A stretch of DNA of 64,000 bases from Chiloscyllium plagiosum (lineage: Eukaryota), in contig NC_057731.1 in the NCBI RefSeq assembly GCF_004010195.1, positions 31,412,120 through 31,476,119 of the forward strand, given 5' to 3'. Below are positions 13,690 to 26,358 of the stretch, in pieces. A program made the position numbers and the translations under genes. Under the pieces are notes generated by a model that saw only the letters and a list, made by a program, of their open reading frames with translations, did no database searches and had not been told where the DNA came from. The first letter of the stretch is position 1. Each line of letters starts with the position of its first letter.

Positions 13690-14055
13690 AGTGGACAAGT
13701 AATCCACAGACCCAGATTAATACTGGAGAGATAATTATTCAATTCCTAACGCAACAGCTGGTAGAAATTCAATTCAAATTATAACTCTGGAATACAAAGC
13801 TAATCTCAGCAATGGTGCCATGAAACTATAATTGATTGTCATGAAAACCCACCTGGTTCATTTATGTCATGAAGGGACATTCTTGCCTTTCTTTTTTTAG
13901 CCTACTTATAACTCTAGATTCTCAGGAAAGAGGTTGACTCTTAACCACCTTCTGAAGTGATCTAGGAAGCCATTCAGTTCATGGAGAATCAAGATGGGCT
14001 ACAAATTCTGGCTTTCCCAGAGACACCCAGATTTCATGAAAGAATATAGAAAAAG
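13690..14055 (+). mobile_element. shark tRNA-derived SINE with LINE-type tail
   Basis: Homologous to copies at 20160-20825, 33540-33810, 61430-61760 and the minus-strand copy at 21410-21600 (aatccagagacc...aaaacccatctggttca...gtggttgactctta). Confidence 0.6.
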
Positions 14056-15289
14056 AATTAAGTTGGTAATAGACTTTGCTCTTTGAGTATGTTGCCATCA
14101 AATTGTTTTCACTTAGAAGTTAACTTTCTCCTTTCCAATATCAGTTTTTGTATTTGGAGTTCTTTAAAACCATGAAAATTTTAAAAATGCTAAATTACAA
14201 CATGTTTCATGCCTCACTACTGAATCATTTCAAAAGACATGATTTTCCTTGTTTCTAAGTGTGGGCAGGAGTGTGTTAAGTGGCAACTTATCATGTCATA
14301 TCCCTCTCCCATTCCTCCCTGGTGAAAAAACTCGTGGGATTAGCCGCTAATTGATACATTTAGAACTAATAGACAACATTGCATTCTATCACAGGCCTCC
14401 ACACTGGTGAGCTGGCAACCAAACAGAAGCCAATAGCTTTTAGGCTCTGAAGCCAAGTCTACCCCTTGGGAAACCTTTTTTCTCCTCTTCTTGCAGATTA
14501 GTGGTCATGAGGGCAGGAAGGTTGGAGGTTTGAAGGAAAGGGCAGGTGAGTGGTTTTCAGAGCTACCCCTTTGCTTGCCTTGTATCACTCTGATTGCAGT
14601 CAGCTTAAGGCCATTGGAAGACCTCACACAAGCTCAGGAGAAAAGTTGTCATGTTCCCAGTTAGGAAACTAACCTTCCTTCTTGCCCACCAAAGTAGCCA
14701 GTGATCGGAAGGTGTCAGGTTACAGTGTCTATTAATTGACCACGAAAAGGCTTCAAGTGCTGCTGAATCAAAAGTCACCCATGGATCTTCATGCCACTTT
14801 TGTAAATTCAGTGTTAATTGAGAAAGGGGAAGGTTAGTCTTCAGATTTGCCAAGTTTCCCTTTCTCTATATCTCTCAAATTCCAGGGGAGAATAAATCTG
14901 CCCAAAACATTGTCCCGAAGGAACTAATAACCATCTTGCTTGAATATTTGTCAGAGCACGCACATTTGTTTTCTTAATGTCAGGGCCGCTTATCAGGTAA
15001 AAGTCATAGCAGCACTGAATCATCGAACCGCAGAGTTGTAGTAGTTTACAGTGCAGGTGTCGACTCAACCAAATGTGTTATAGAAAGTAACTGCTTACTC
15101 AAAATTTGGTTGAATCCCTCCTTGTCTGTAAGATTGTAAAATTTGTAAGTACAAGCAGCATTTCTCACTACTGAGAGCTAACGATGTGAAATGATCCTTC
15201 TGAATGTCAGCATAGGTCAATCAGATCCAAAGAACAAAAAGAAAAATTGGTTGCACTTCTGTTCTTGATTAATAACCGCTGCTACCTTT

Positions 15290-17700
15290 GGAAATGTTCC
15301 CTGCAAGCTTGCTCTTGTACTGTATTTACCCCCCCCCTTAATAGATCCCTTTGGCCTCTTTTGCTGAAATCTAAACAGTTACTAATACCCAGGTCTGCTG
15401 CTTTTTTGGCCAGTTTTTATGTCCCTTCCTTGGATCTGATACTATCCCTAATTTCTCTTTGGTCAGACTACCTTTACCATTTTCTTTTTGTGTTAGACAG
15501 CAGTGAACAATTGTTGTATTCTCTCCATGTGCTCTAAATATTTGCCATTGTCTATCCACATCATCCATTTAAGTGACATTCCCCAATTAATCATAATCTG
15601 CTCGCACCTGATACCATCATAGTTCCTACACTTAGATTTAGGACTCTAATCTCGGAATCAACCAAGTCACTCTCCACCTTAATGAAGAATTCTGTCATAT
15701 TATGAGCACTCTTCCCCAAGAGATCTCACACAGCTAAATTGCTAACTACTCCTTTCTGAATATACAAATCCCAATGTCGGACACCATGATTTCCAGCTGG
15801 TTCCAACAGATTGGCCAGAAAACCATCGTGTAAGCACTCCAGAAAATCCTCCTCTATTATTATGAGAGGAAATCAGCTTTTATGAATTGGAATCTATATG
15901 GGTACAATTTAGAAACACCAAACAGATAGTGTGATTGTATATAGACGCCCAAGCTGTTGTGGTAATGTTGATGAAGGCATTAAACAGGAAATTAGAAACA
16001 CAAGCAATGAAGGTGCAGCTGTAATTATGGGCAAGTTTAGTCTAAATGCAGATTGGGCATGCTGTACAAAGAGATGGCAAACGAATTAAATAAATGTTTT
16101 GATTCTGTCTACACAAAGGAAGACACAAGTAACATGCCAAAAACATTGGGAATGCAGTGTCTAGTAAGGGGGAAGAACTGAAAGAAATCAGTTAGTAGGA
16201 AAATGGTGTTGGGAAATTGAGGAATTAAAAGTTGAAAAATCTCCAGGACCCAATAATCTATCTCCCAGAACATTTAAGGAAGTGGGCTTCGAAATGGTGG
16301 ATAATATTTTGATTCTATTGGCTCTGGAACAGATCTTATTGGTTGAACGTAACTCATGTATCCTCACTATTTAAAAAAGAAAATTGGATAGAAAATAAAA
16401 TTATAGACCAGTTAGCCTGACATAGTGGGAAAAATACTCGAGTTCATCGTTAAAGATTTGAAAGTAGAGCACTTGGAAAAGTAGGTCAGACAAAGAGAGC
16501 ATGGATTTATGAATGGGAAATCATGTTTGACAAACCTACTGGAATATTTTGAAGACGTAACTAATAAAGTTGATAAGGGGGAGCCACAGAATGTGGTATA
16601 TTTCTTTCAGGACGCTTTTGAGGAGGCCCCACATAAGAGAGTAGCACATACACTGAAGGACATGAGAATGGGGTTAGTATACTAACATGGACGATGAAAT
16701 ATCTGGCAAATTGGAGACGAAGAATAGGAATAAACAGGTCTTTTTCTGAGAGTCAGGCAGTAACTTGAGGGATACTGCAGAGATCAGTGATTGAAACCCA
16801 GCTCTTTGCAATATACATGAATGACTTAGATGAGAGTTCTAAATTCAGAATCTCTAAGTTTGCAGATGGTGTAAAGGTTGGTGAGATGATGAACAATGAG
16901 GAGAATGCAGAGATACTTCACTGTAATTTGTGCAAGTTGAGAGAGTGAGCCAGTGCAGGGCAGATGAATTATAATGTGAACAAATGTGAGGTTATCCACT
17001 TTGGTGGCAAAAACAGGGGAAGGCAGATGTAATACCTGAATGGCAATAGATTGGGAAAGGGGAGGTGCAACAAAATCTGGGTGTCTTTGTACACTAATTG
17101 CTGATTGTAAGCATGCAGTTGCCGCTGTGATGAAGGCAACTTAGTAGCAAGAGGTTTCAAGTACAGGAGCAATTGAACTTGAATTGCCGCGATTGTACAG
17201 GGCCTTGATGAGACCACAACTGCAGCATTGTGTGCAGTTTTGGTCGTCTTATCTGAAGAAGGATGTTCTAAATGATAGAGGGAGTGCATGAAACGCTTAC
17301 AGACTGATTGCTGGAATGGCAGGACCGAAGGTTGAAGAGAAACTAAATCAGTTAGAACTGGGTTCACTGGAGATTAGAAGAATGAGGAGGGATCATGTCA
17401 AAACCCATAAAATTCTAACAGGTCTAAATAGGACAAATGCAGAAAGGAAGGTCCCAATGACCAGTGAGTTGAGAACTAGGGAATCACAGTTTAAGAATAT
17501 GAGGTAAGCCATTGAGGACTGAGACGGAGGGAAATTTCTTCACTGAAGACTGGTGAGCCAATGGAATTCTCTGTCACAGAAAGCAGTTGAAGCCAGAATG
17601 TTCAATGTTCTCAAGAAGGAGTTAGCAGGAACAGGTACTAAGTTAAATGATAAGCCATGATCATATTGAATGGTGGAGCTAGAAGGGTACTCCTTCTTTG
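15290..17700 (+). mobile_element. old rearranged CR1 ORF2 (endonuclease-linker-RT-3' end); 15290-15860 is inverted
   Basis: + strand motifs ESIWVQFRN, VIMGKFSL..DW, KEMANELN, KSPGP, NYRPVSLT, HGFMNGKSCLTNLLEYFE and ISKFADG. The - strand reads IEEDFLECLHDGFL. Confidence 0.8.
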
Positions 17701-18809
17701 AGTTTACTCCTGCTTTGTTTCAATATTTCTATGAAATTCACCCAGATGTAGATTTAATTATGGATACTCTGGACTTTGGCAGCAATTTCTCGAATAGCCT
17801 GTTTCAGCACACTACAAAATTCACAAATGAATATTCATTTGAGAGATCATTCTAAGAATTGTAACCTAACAAGAAATAACACCATCAAATAAAATAGAAT
17901 GAATTCTCATCAATTCATACAAGGGAATTATCTTCATTTTGGAAATTGTGATTTCCAATAAAATGTCTCCTGAATTTTGTGACTGTATTGCATATGCAAT
18001 TTTGTTTACATTTATTGACTTTTATTATTCTTGGGGCAAGTTTTCTCTCTTCGTGCATTTTTTACAGTATACACTGAGCTGCTAAATGTGCAGGCAGCTG
18101 CCTTTATTTCTCAAGCCTTATGTAATGTCGATATTAAACTGGCAAAGAATGAGACCTGTGACAGCAATGACTTGACCTGTGAGTTTTGTTCTCCTTTCTG
18201 TGGTGAAGCTTATGGTCTCTTTACCACATTCCCTGATGAGAAAGTGGAGACTGAGAAGAATGTGAAGGAGGTGATACTCTACCCTTCCACACTCTTGCAG
18301 ATTGCATTGGTAATATTGTGTGATGACACATCAAGCTGCCATCTTCTAAACATTTGTAACTATTTCATATTTTTAGACTCTGAACAGCAAATTGATGTAG
18401 CCTTTTGTTTATTGATGAAGAAACATTGAGCAATTTTCAGTTTTGTTATTTGTAAAATACAGACCACAATTGCTTGTTCATGAATAAAAAAGAACCACAA
18501 AACTCATAGTGAAAACTGCTGTGGAACAGGAAAAGTGACTGATTTCTGACTCACCAATCATAAAAGAATGAGACGTTTCACCCATCTGAAAGGCATTTAG
18601 TGTCCTGCTGCTGAGAGTTATTTCTTGCCTAGCTGATCACAGAGCCTTTCTTGCCTATTGTTTTTATTTTATTAAATATTTTCCATCCTTTTGCAAGATG
18701 ATTGCTCATCCTTATAGTTACAGTAATTATGTTCATCCTTTTGTTATGAAAATGGGACATAATATATCTCGACTTTCAAAAAGCCCTCAAATATGTAAGT
18801 TTAGTTGTA

Positions 18810-19480
18810 TATTCTAGATTCACAAGGGAGTCCAATATTTTGAGAATTGGAGTAGCCTTGAATCTGTTCCACCATCCAAGTGGATCATGGAAGATTTGTG
18901 TCTCAACTATATTGACCTGCCTGTGATTGATGTCCTTTGATAATTTATCAGCTTTGTTCATAAAAGTTTCAATTGATCCAGCATTCTTGGCCTTTACTGG
19001 GGAGAGGGTTCTAGATTGCTGTCGAACTTTATGTGAAATAAATCACTTTCTGATTTCACTCCTCAATGGCCTCGCTCTTATTTTAAGATTGTCGCTGTTT
19101 CTTTGCATTCCTTTATCACAACAGATAGCTTACCTGTTTTACCTTTGTGATTCTTCAATAATTTTAAACGTGCTAATTAACTAACCCCAAACCTTTTGAC
19201 TTCAAGGAAAAAACAATCCAAATTTATACAACTATCCTCATCTCTTAACCATTGAAAACCTGGTTCTTTTGAATCTGCTCATTGGTTTCCTTTACAAGAT
19301 GATACCACCCTCTGAGGTGTGGTACCCAAAATCAAATGGTCTGTTTCAGGTTCAACAAAACTGAAGCATCACTTTCTTTCCTTTGCATTCCAGGCACCTT
19401 AAGATAAGGGCCATCATTCTGTTAGCCTTTTTGATTACATTCTTCACTGGCTTGCCATGATTTGTCAATGAACAAGCTCT
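18810..19480 (-). mobile_element. old CR1 3' region remnant
   Basis: Decayed CR1 C-terminal and 3' UTR-like sequence (gccttgaatctgttccaccatcc; ttctgttagcctttttgattac). Confidence 0.45.
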
Positions 19481-20159
19481 GTCCTTTAGACATCTCTCTG
19501 ATTTTACAGGATTTTGCAACTGAGCATGCACAAAAGTTCATTCACCAAGCTGCCTCAGAAGGTTCTAGCATTGGTTAGTACAATTACTGAAGAATAAAGC
19601 TCTGTACATTCTAATAACAAATCAATGAGTGTTTCCTTGACTGGATCATGCCAGTCTGCTAAAAACAAAGCAATTCTTACCAGAAAAAGAGCTGAGGTTA
19701 CAAAACAATATAAATGGAAATGCAATTTTTTTTTCCATAACAGATAAAGAGCAATCGGATTTTGTTTAGCCTCAACATAAGTTGTCCTTTGTATTTATTA
19801 TTCTCAATATGCAGACGTCATTGCAGAATAATTTTGTTGGCTCATCATTCTGGACTATCATATTCAATTAAACAAATACACAATAGAAACCATTGTATCC
19901 AGAAGAGGATAGATCATTAACTAAACAGAATCACATACACAGGTGCCTACGGACAATTTAATGACCATAGAATGTTAGTTAACACTATGATGATGTTGTA
20001 AATATTGTTGAAATCCTGTTTACTTTGAATTTAATGATGCTTTATTAAGTTTTATTCCTTGCTCTGGCTTTTTCAATTGATGTTTGTATAAAGTATTAAT
20101 CTCTTTCACATTAAGTTAGTCATTATCCCACAGTCAATGACAGTAGTATGGATGTGACA

Positions 20160-20825
20160 CTAGCAGGAGGTGGTGATATTAATCCAGAGACCTAGGTGAT
20201 GTTCTGGGGATTTGGGTTCAAATCCCACTACAGTAGATAGTGGAATTTGAAGCCAATTTTTAAAAATCTGGAATTAAGAGTATAATGATTAGATTAGATT
20301 CCCTACAGTGTGGAAACACGACCCTCCAAAGTGTAACCCACCCAGACCGATTTCCCGACATTTACCCTGACTAATGCATCTCACACTATGGCCAATTCAC
20401 CTGACCTGCACATCTTTGGATTGTGGGAGGAAACCAGAGCACCTAGAGGAAACCCACGCAGACACAGGGAGAATGTGCAAGCTTCACACCTGAGGCAGTC
20501 ACCTGAGGCAGGAATTGAACCTGGGTCCCTGGTGCTGTGAGGCAGCAGTGCTAACCACTGAGCAACCGTGCTGCCCCATGGTGACCATGACCATGGTGCC
20601 GCCCCAACAGTGACCATGAAACTATTGTTGATTTTTGGGAGAAACCCATCTGGTCCACTTGCTCCCTTTACAGAAAGAAACATTTGCACTTACCTGGCCT
20701 GGCCTACATGTGACTGTAGACCCACAGCAATGTGGTTGACTCTCATCTGCTCTCTGGATAATTATGAATGGTCAGTAAATTTTGGCCCATCCAGCAATGC
20801 GCCCAACATGTGAATTATTTTTTTT
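20160..20825 (+). mobile_element. tRNA-derived SINE interrupted by an HE1-like SINE
   Basis: The head aatccagagacctagg...gggttcaaatccc is interrupted at ~20289 and resumes at gaccatgaaactattg...aaacccatctggtcc. Confidence 0.65.
20289..20576 (-). mobile_element. HE1-like tRNA-derived SINE
   Basis: Minus-strand head ggggcagcacggttgctcagtggttagcactgctgcctcacagcaccagggacccaggttcaattcc contains A and B boxes. The tail is ...ccacactgtagggaatctaatctaatc. Confidence 0.88.
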
Positions 20826-21407
20826 TAAATGTTTAAAAAAGCAATGTTGTAAAGAATATTGACCCGTGACTTGTCTCAACAGATAAACTCCATTTTCAAA
20901 AGTTCAGATATACTTACCACAGGAGAGACCGCCTTTGATTAATTTATTGGGTATCAATATTTCTCGGCAAGGACCTGAGGTTTTACATTGATATTGGCAA
21001 CTATGTCCTGAACTTATAGATGTTATTACTTCTGCAAATTAAAGGAATGAGCATCTATTTGCATGCCACATGAGTGACACCATTATACATTCTGAATGAA
21101 GCGGAAACTGTCTTAAAGTTATTCATGCTGGGCAATGTCAGAGTGCTGTTGTTATGGTACTTGATTTATTTTGTGATGGAAAATTTCGGTTTGGCAAATA
21201 CCCACCATTAATAACTCAAACAGGGAGCATAGGATGAAAGGCACATCAAATATACTACAATCTTATCACTAAGGATTTACTCATTCTTTTACTCATTCAA
21301 TTATGGTCATATGTAGTGGGTTTTGCTCATCTAGCTAGGTACCTTAAAAAATGAATTAAAGAAAATACTAACCAAGGGGATCTCAGGATAGCTCAATAAT
21401 CTGTGTT

Positions 21408-21600
21408 TTCTTATTGATTCACATGATGTGAGTATCACTGATAAGGTCAACATTTATTGCACATCACTAATTGCCCTTATGAAAGTGGGAGAGTGACGGT
21501 TTCAGAGGGCAATGAGAGTCAAGCATATTACTGGGGTCTGGAGTCAGATCTGGCTTATACCAGGTAAGCACAGTAGATTTCCTTCTTTAAAGGATATTAG
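21408..21600 (-). mobile_element. 3' half of shark tRNA-derived SINE
   Basis: Reverse complement of the SINE tail seen at 61600-61760. Confidence 0.55.
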
Positions 21601-22704
21601 AGTTATAATTGACTGAATGCAACTAGCGCTGCAAGAATTGTACTCTTATGGAACTTAGCACCATTAATTTAGTCATGTGAAAGTCAGCTATTTTTCCAGC
21701 TTCTTGTCACTTTCCACAAGATTCTGTGAAAATATGTCTAATTGAACATCAAGTCTGTGCAGGATCTCGACAGCTACTCGTATTGACTGTGTTGGATCAT
21801 GTGTGAATAATGATGACTTAGGCAAGATAATGGAAGAATTATGCTTCAGTAAGCAGCTAACTATTGCAAGCAACTGGAGAAAAGTGTCAGAACAAGAGAA
21901 AAGATTTTACGATACTAAAAGTTCCACTCTTCAAAAGGTGTGCTTGCTTGTTCATAACAAGTGGTAGTCACATGTGTGTGATATTTGATCGTTCCTCATC
22001 ATGTTTTAAACTACTGAGTTTATTTATTGCTGCCATGTTTTACAAATATATAACTACATCAAACATTAAGTGTATAACTATCCGTTTGAAAAGAAATTCG
22101 TTACGCATACTTTCACTTTAAGTTATGATTTTCTCTTGATTCTGCTTTCCCATGCAGCACTTTGTAGTGAGATTCTAACATATGTGTGAATGTTATTCTT
22201 CTTACTATAATTTTCCTTAACCCTCATGGGACGGCATCTGATCTCCGGTAGCTATTTCTAATTATTTGCCCAGCTGGGAATTTGTCATTCACTATCAGAT
22301 CATCCAGCAAATTACCTTCTCCAATGTGATATTGAAGAATAATGAGAAATTTGTAGGATGACTGAAATTTTAGTTTATAAAATGAGAACTACTGCGGCCC
22401 TAACGAAATAAAGAATTCAGATCTGTTAATACTTTAGGCAAATATGTCCTGTTTATAACCACATGCATCTGCTTCCTCCTTGAACTCCTTTGTTTTCTTT
22501 AAAAGCAATCAACGACAGTTTTTCAATCACATTTTACATCCTGTTTCAACTTTTTGGATTTTAGATCCTTTCTTAAAATTCTAATATTTGTTTCTGGTTT
22601 AATTGAGTGATTGTTGCTCAGTCCAGTTAGTATTAATGATCGAGGGACATGTTGCAAGTTTAGGAATTAGATTTGTGAAGTTTCTCTGAAATTTCAGGGT
22701 GTTT

Positions 22705-23340
22705 CATTTTATGGACCAGACCAAACCCCTTCAAAATAAATTAAGTTAGGTTAGACTCTTAACTGTTTCTTACTGTAAAGGCAAATGCCAGGCATAGCAT
22801 TCCAGGTGCAGTGTGATTGGTCAAACTGCCAGATTTGAAGCACTTTTTTCGTACACTATAATTAAAATATAACAAAAGGAAGAAAAAATTGGTATAATTA
22901 ACTCCATTGAGAAAACTTAACAGAATAGTAGATTATTTAACTACTAAACAATAACTGGTCCAATATAATAACATCCCATGAACACACCCCGGTCAAAGGC
23001 AAATTCAGTGAAACAGAATGTCTCGCATGTAATTCTAGCATCAGGAAGAGAACCTCCAGCTTTTAGCTATAACCCAGAGAGAGGAAAAACAGCTTCCATA
23101 TCCAGCATCAAGACCCCAGCAGCTGCTACTGAAAAACCAAAACTAAAAATCCTGGTTCTGTGAGAGCTTGTCCCTCCCATTCAGGCCGCTTCAAATGTTC
23201 CAATTTAAAAAAAAATCTACGGCTTCACAAGCTGTTTACTTGTGAACTTTCGATAGATAGCTTTTTACCTCTTGTCTTGAAACCTTCCTTCATTAAAAAA
23301 AAGGACAACATACACCTCTTAAAGCCATAGTATCATCACA
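22705..23340. mobile_element. probable solo LTR
   Basis: ~640-bp block from (t)ttatggaccagaccaaacccc to ...gccatagtatcatcaca with a CA end. It resembles a recalled shark LTR family. No clear TSD. Confidence 0.4.
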
Positions 23341-23423
23341 TAATTTTAACCTCAGAATAAAATGTACTGAATGGAAATATGTAACATTTTTATACATAAA
23401 GCTGATGATAAATTACTGTACAA

Positions 23424-23678
23424 CAAACCAAAGAACTGCAGATGCTGGAAATCAGAAACAAAACCAGAAATTGCTGGAGAAACTCAGCAGGCCTGGCCTC
23501 ATCTATGGACAGAAAGCAGAGTTAATGTTTCAGGTCCAGTGACACTTCTTCAGAATGGCATAATAAGGTAGAACGTTCTGAAGATGTGTCACTGGACCTG
23601 TAACGTTTACTCTGCTTTCTCTCCACAGATGCTGCCAGACCTGCTACGTTTTTCCAACAATTTCTGTTCTTGTTTCTA
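23424..23678. mobile_element. inverted pair of short PLE-type termini with hammerhead motifs
   Basis: 23455-23557 and 23575-23676 are reverse complements of each other, each with CTGAAGA-gtgtcactggacct-G(A/T)AAC. Confidence 0.75.
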
Positions 23679-24199
23679 AAACAAAAATACTGTAGTTGTG
23701 CCATCTTTTAGTAGAGGTAGACTAGTCTTATATTTAAGTTTAGAATTTGGTGCAGTAGATGGAATAGCACTGCAGCCAGGAAAACTGGTGTAATTTGCTG
23801 GCATTCACACAAGATGGCTAGGTGCACTATTAAAATACTTCCTGTTTCTATGTACACTCTCAAATTGCTCAAAATACCTTTAGCAGAATAGTGTGTTTTT
23901 ACAACAAGCCTGTTTTTAATGCAGGATAAGGTAACAGCTCCATAATCAGAAAACTTTGAAAATATTCAAATACAGTGTGACTTATTTATTCCCTTATTCT
24001 GTTCAGTGTGTGACAGATAGGACCTGCTTCTACAATACTGCTGACTAACTGTGCACCCTGATTAATTCCTAATCTATGGATTCATACAAGTAACTTCCCT
24101 GTGTATTAATGAACATGACTGATGCAGTCTGCAGTATTATTCGCAGATTCCTGCGAGCGCACCTCCTTGCGCTAAGTTTCTGATGTGGTTCTATTTAAG

Positions 24200-24368
24200 A
24201 AAATACCTTGTTAACATTTTGAGTACAGTGTGTCTTCTTCAAAACATCAGAGTGCTGAAGAAGAGACAGATCGGACTCAAACATTAACTCTGTTTCTCTC
24301 TCAAAAGATGTTGCCAAGTCTGCTGAGTTTGTTTCAGATTTCCAGCATCTACAATATTTTGCTTTTAT
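24200..24368 (+). mobile_element. short PLE-type terminus (same group as 23424-23678)
   Basis: ctgaagaagagacagatcggactcaaacattaactctgtttctctc...cagatttccagcatctacaatattttgctttt. Confidence 0.6.
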
Positions 24369-24579
24369 TAAGGAAATGCACTGTTGGTTACCCAGGTGCA
24401 CTTTTTCATTCACTGCCATTTTATCAGCTTTCACGTTTAATGACTCTGAGGGAAACAGCTTTCTTTTTATATTGTAGGGTGTCGGGGCAAGTCAAACTGA
24501 TAGCAGATACTGCTGGATGCTGTTAACCCTAACCCTATATCTAATCCAATAGAGAATTAAATGCACAATGTTTTGAAAA

Positions 24580-25240
24580 AAAATTCATTAGCTATTGGCG
24601 TTGCTGGCTGTGCCAGCATTTATTGCATATCCCTCAATTTTGTTGAGACTTTAGTAGTGAGCTGGCTTCTAGAATTGCTGCATTTGGTCGTTACATCCAT
24701 AATGCTGTCAGGGAGGCTGTTCCAAGATTTTGACCCAATGACACTGAAGGAACAGTGATACATTTCCAAGTCAGGTAAGTGGCATGGAGAGGAATTTACA
24801 GGTGGTAGTGTTCCCAGGTATCTGCAACCCTTGACCTTTGAGATGGTAGCAGATATTGGTTTGGAAGGTGCTGTCTAAGAACCGTAGTGAATTTCTCCAA
24901 TGCATCTTGTAGATAGTACACCCTTCTGCTACTGTGCATTGGTGAAGGAGTAAGTGACATTTATTGATGTTGCACCAATCAAGTGGTCTGCTTAGGTCTG
25001 CAAGGTGTGAAGTGTAAAAGGTGTAAGGGTATAAAGATTAGGTTCTCTCGTTTGGTATTTGTGTGGTGCAAATGTTCTTATCAGCCCAAACCTGGATATT
25101 GTTCAGTTCCTCTGAGATGGAGGACAGATGTTGACCAAGAGGAAGATCACCTTCAGCATGATAGAGCACAGTAGTGTCAGGCACAACAGTCTAGACATGA
25201 CTGAACTGACATATGCTTCCAATGGAACTTAGTTGGTGAA
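24580..25240 (-). mobile_element. old CR1/L2-like LINE 3' region
   Basis: Reverse complement of the family at 61085-62030 (ttccaagtcagg...ggtggtagtgttccc...tggtttggaaggtgctgtctaag). Confidence 0.5.
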
Positions 25241-25455
25241 GTCATCATTCATTGACAATAAACATGTTGGTGCTGAAAAGCCAAATAAACCCTGTATATT
25301 CCCAAATGAAAATGCAGCTCTTTTATTTATTCGTTTTTGCTTTTCCTGTTGTGAAATAAGTTTAATGTTAAAAATTGCCTGTTCGAAGCCTTTGCAAAAT
25401 GTGATGCTACATGTTATCGATAGTTTATGCTATGATGGGTTTTATGGAAAGAGTA

Positions 25456-26358
25456 AGAGAAGATGAGGACTGCAGATGTTGGAAATCAGAGTCAAAATGT
25501 GGCACTGGAAAATCACGGCCAGTCAGGCAGCATCCAAGGAGCAGGACAGTTGACGTTTTGAACATAAGCTCTTCATCAGAAATGTGAGGTTGGGGTGGTG
25601 AGTGCGGGCAAAGGTGCTGAGTATTAAATGGGAGGGGGTTGGGGCTGAGGGGAAGGTACCTAGCAATGTGATAGGTAGATGAATACGGGGGGTGATGGTC
25701 GGATTTGAGGGTGGAATGGATAGCTGGGAAGGAAGATAGACAGGTCGGACAGTTCAAGAGGGTTGGATCTGGGATAAGGTGGGGGTAGGGGAGATAAGAA
25801 AACTGATCCCGTCTGTTGGAGGGTCCCAAAGCGGAAAATGATGTGTTCTTCCTCCAGGTGTCGGGTGACTAGGATTTGGCAGTGGAGGAGGAGCAGGACT
25901 TGCATGTCCTTGGCAAAGTAGGAGGGAATTCATTGGGTGGGGCTGATCGGTACATGAGTACTGGAGATGTTGTCTGAAATGTTCTGCAAGTTGGCATCCT
26001 GTCTACCCAATGTAGAGACCACATCGAGAGCATTGGACACAGTAGATGAGGTGTTTGGATCCCAGATCCCAGATCCAACCCTCCAACTCAGCACTACCCT
26101 CTTGAACTGTTCTGTTCCTCCATCTTCCTTCCCACCTATCTGCTCCACCCTCTACATTGACCTATCACCATTACCCCCCACCTTCATCTACCTATCGCAT
26201 TCCTAGCTACCTTCCCCCAGCCCCACCCCCTCCCATTTATCTCTCAGCCCCCTTAGCCAACCATCCAACATTCCTGATGAATTGCTTATGCTTGAAACAT
26301 CAACTCTCCTGATCCTCAGATGGTGCCTGACTAGTTGTACTTTTCCAGCACTTTTTGA
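25456..26358. mobile_element. Penelope-like element with inverted pseudo-LTRs and 14-bp TSD
   Basis: TSD ttatggaaagagta at 25442-25455 and 26359-26372. The minus arm has a GIY-YIG C-terminal remnant (TRHLEEEHIIFRFGTLQ). The plus arm 26070-26358 is an inverted copy of ~25505-25775. Confidence 0.85.

Noticed and set aside
18031-18429. 132-aa ORF as an extra exon or gene
   Set aside because: No recognisable homology. The BTBD16 exons on either side already join in phase without it.
20490-20576. tRNA gene
   Set aside because: The A/B boxes belong to a SINE head that continues into the SINE body and tail.
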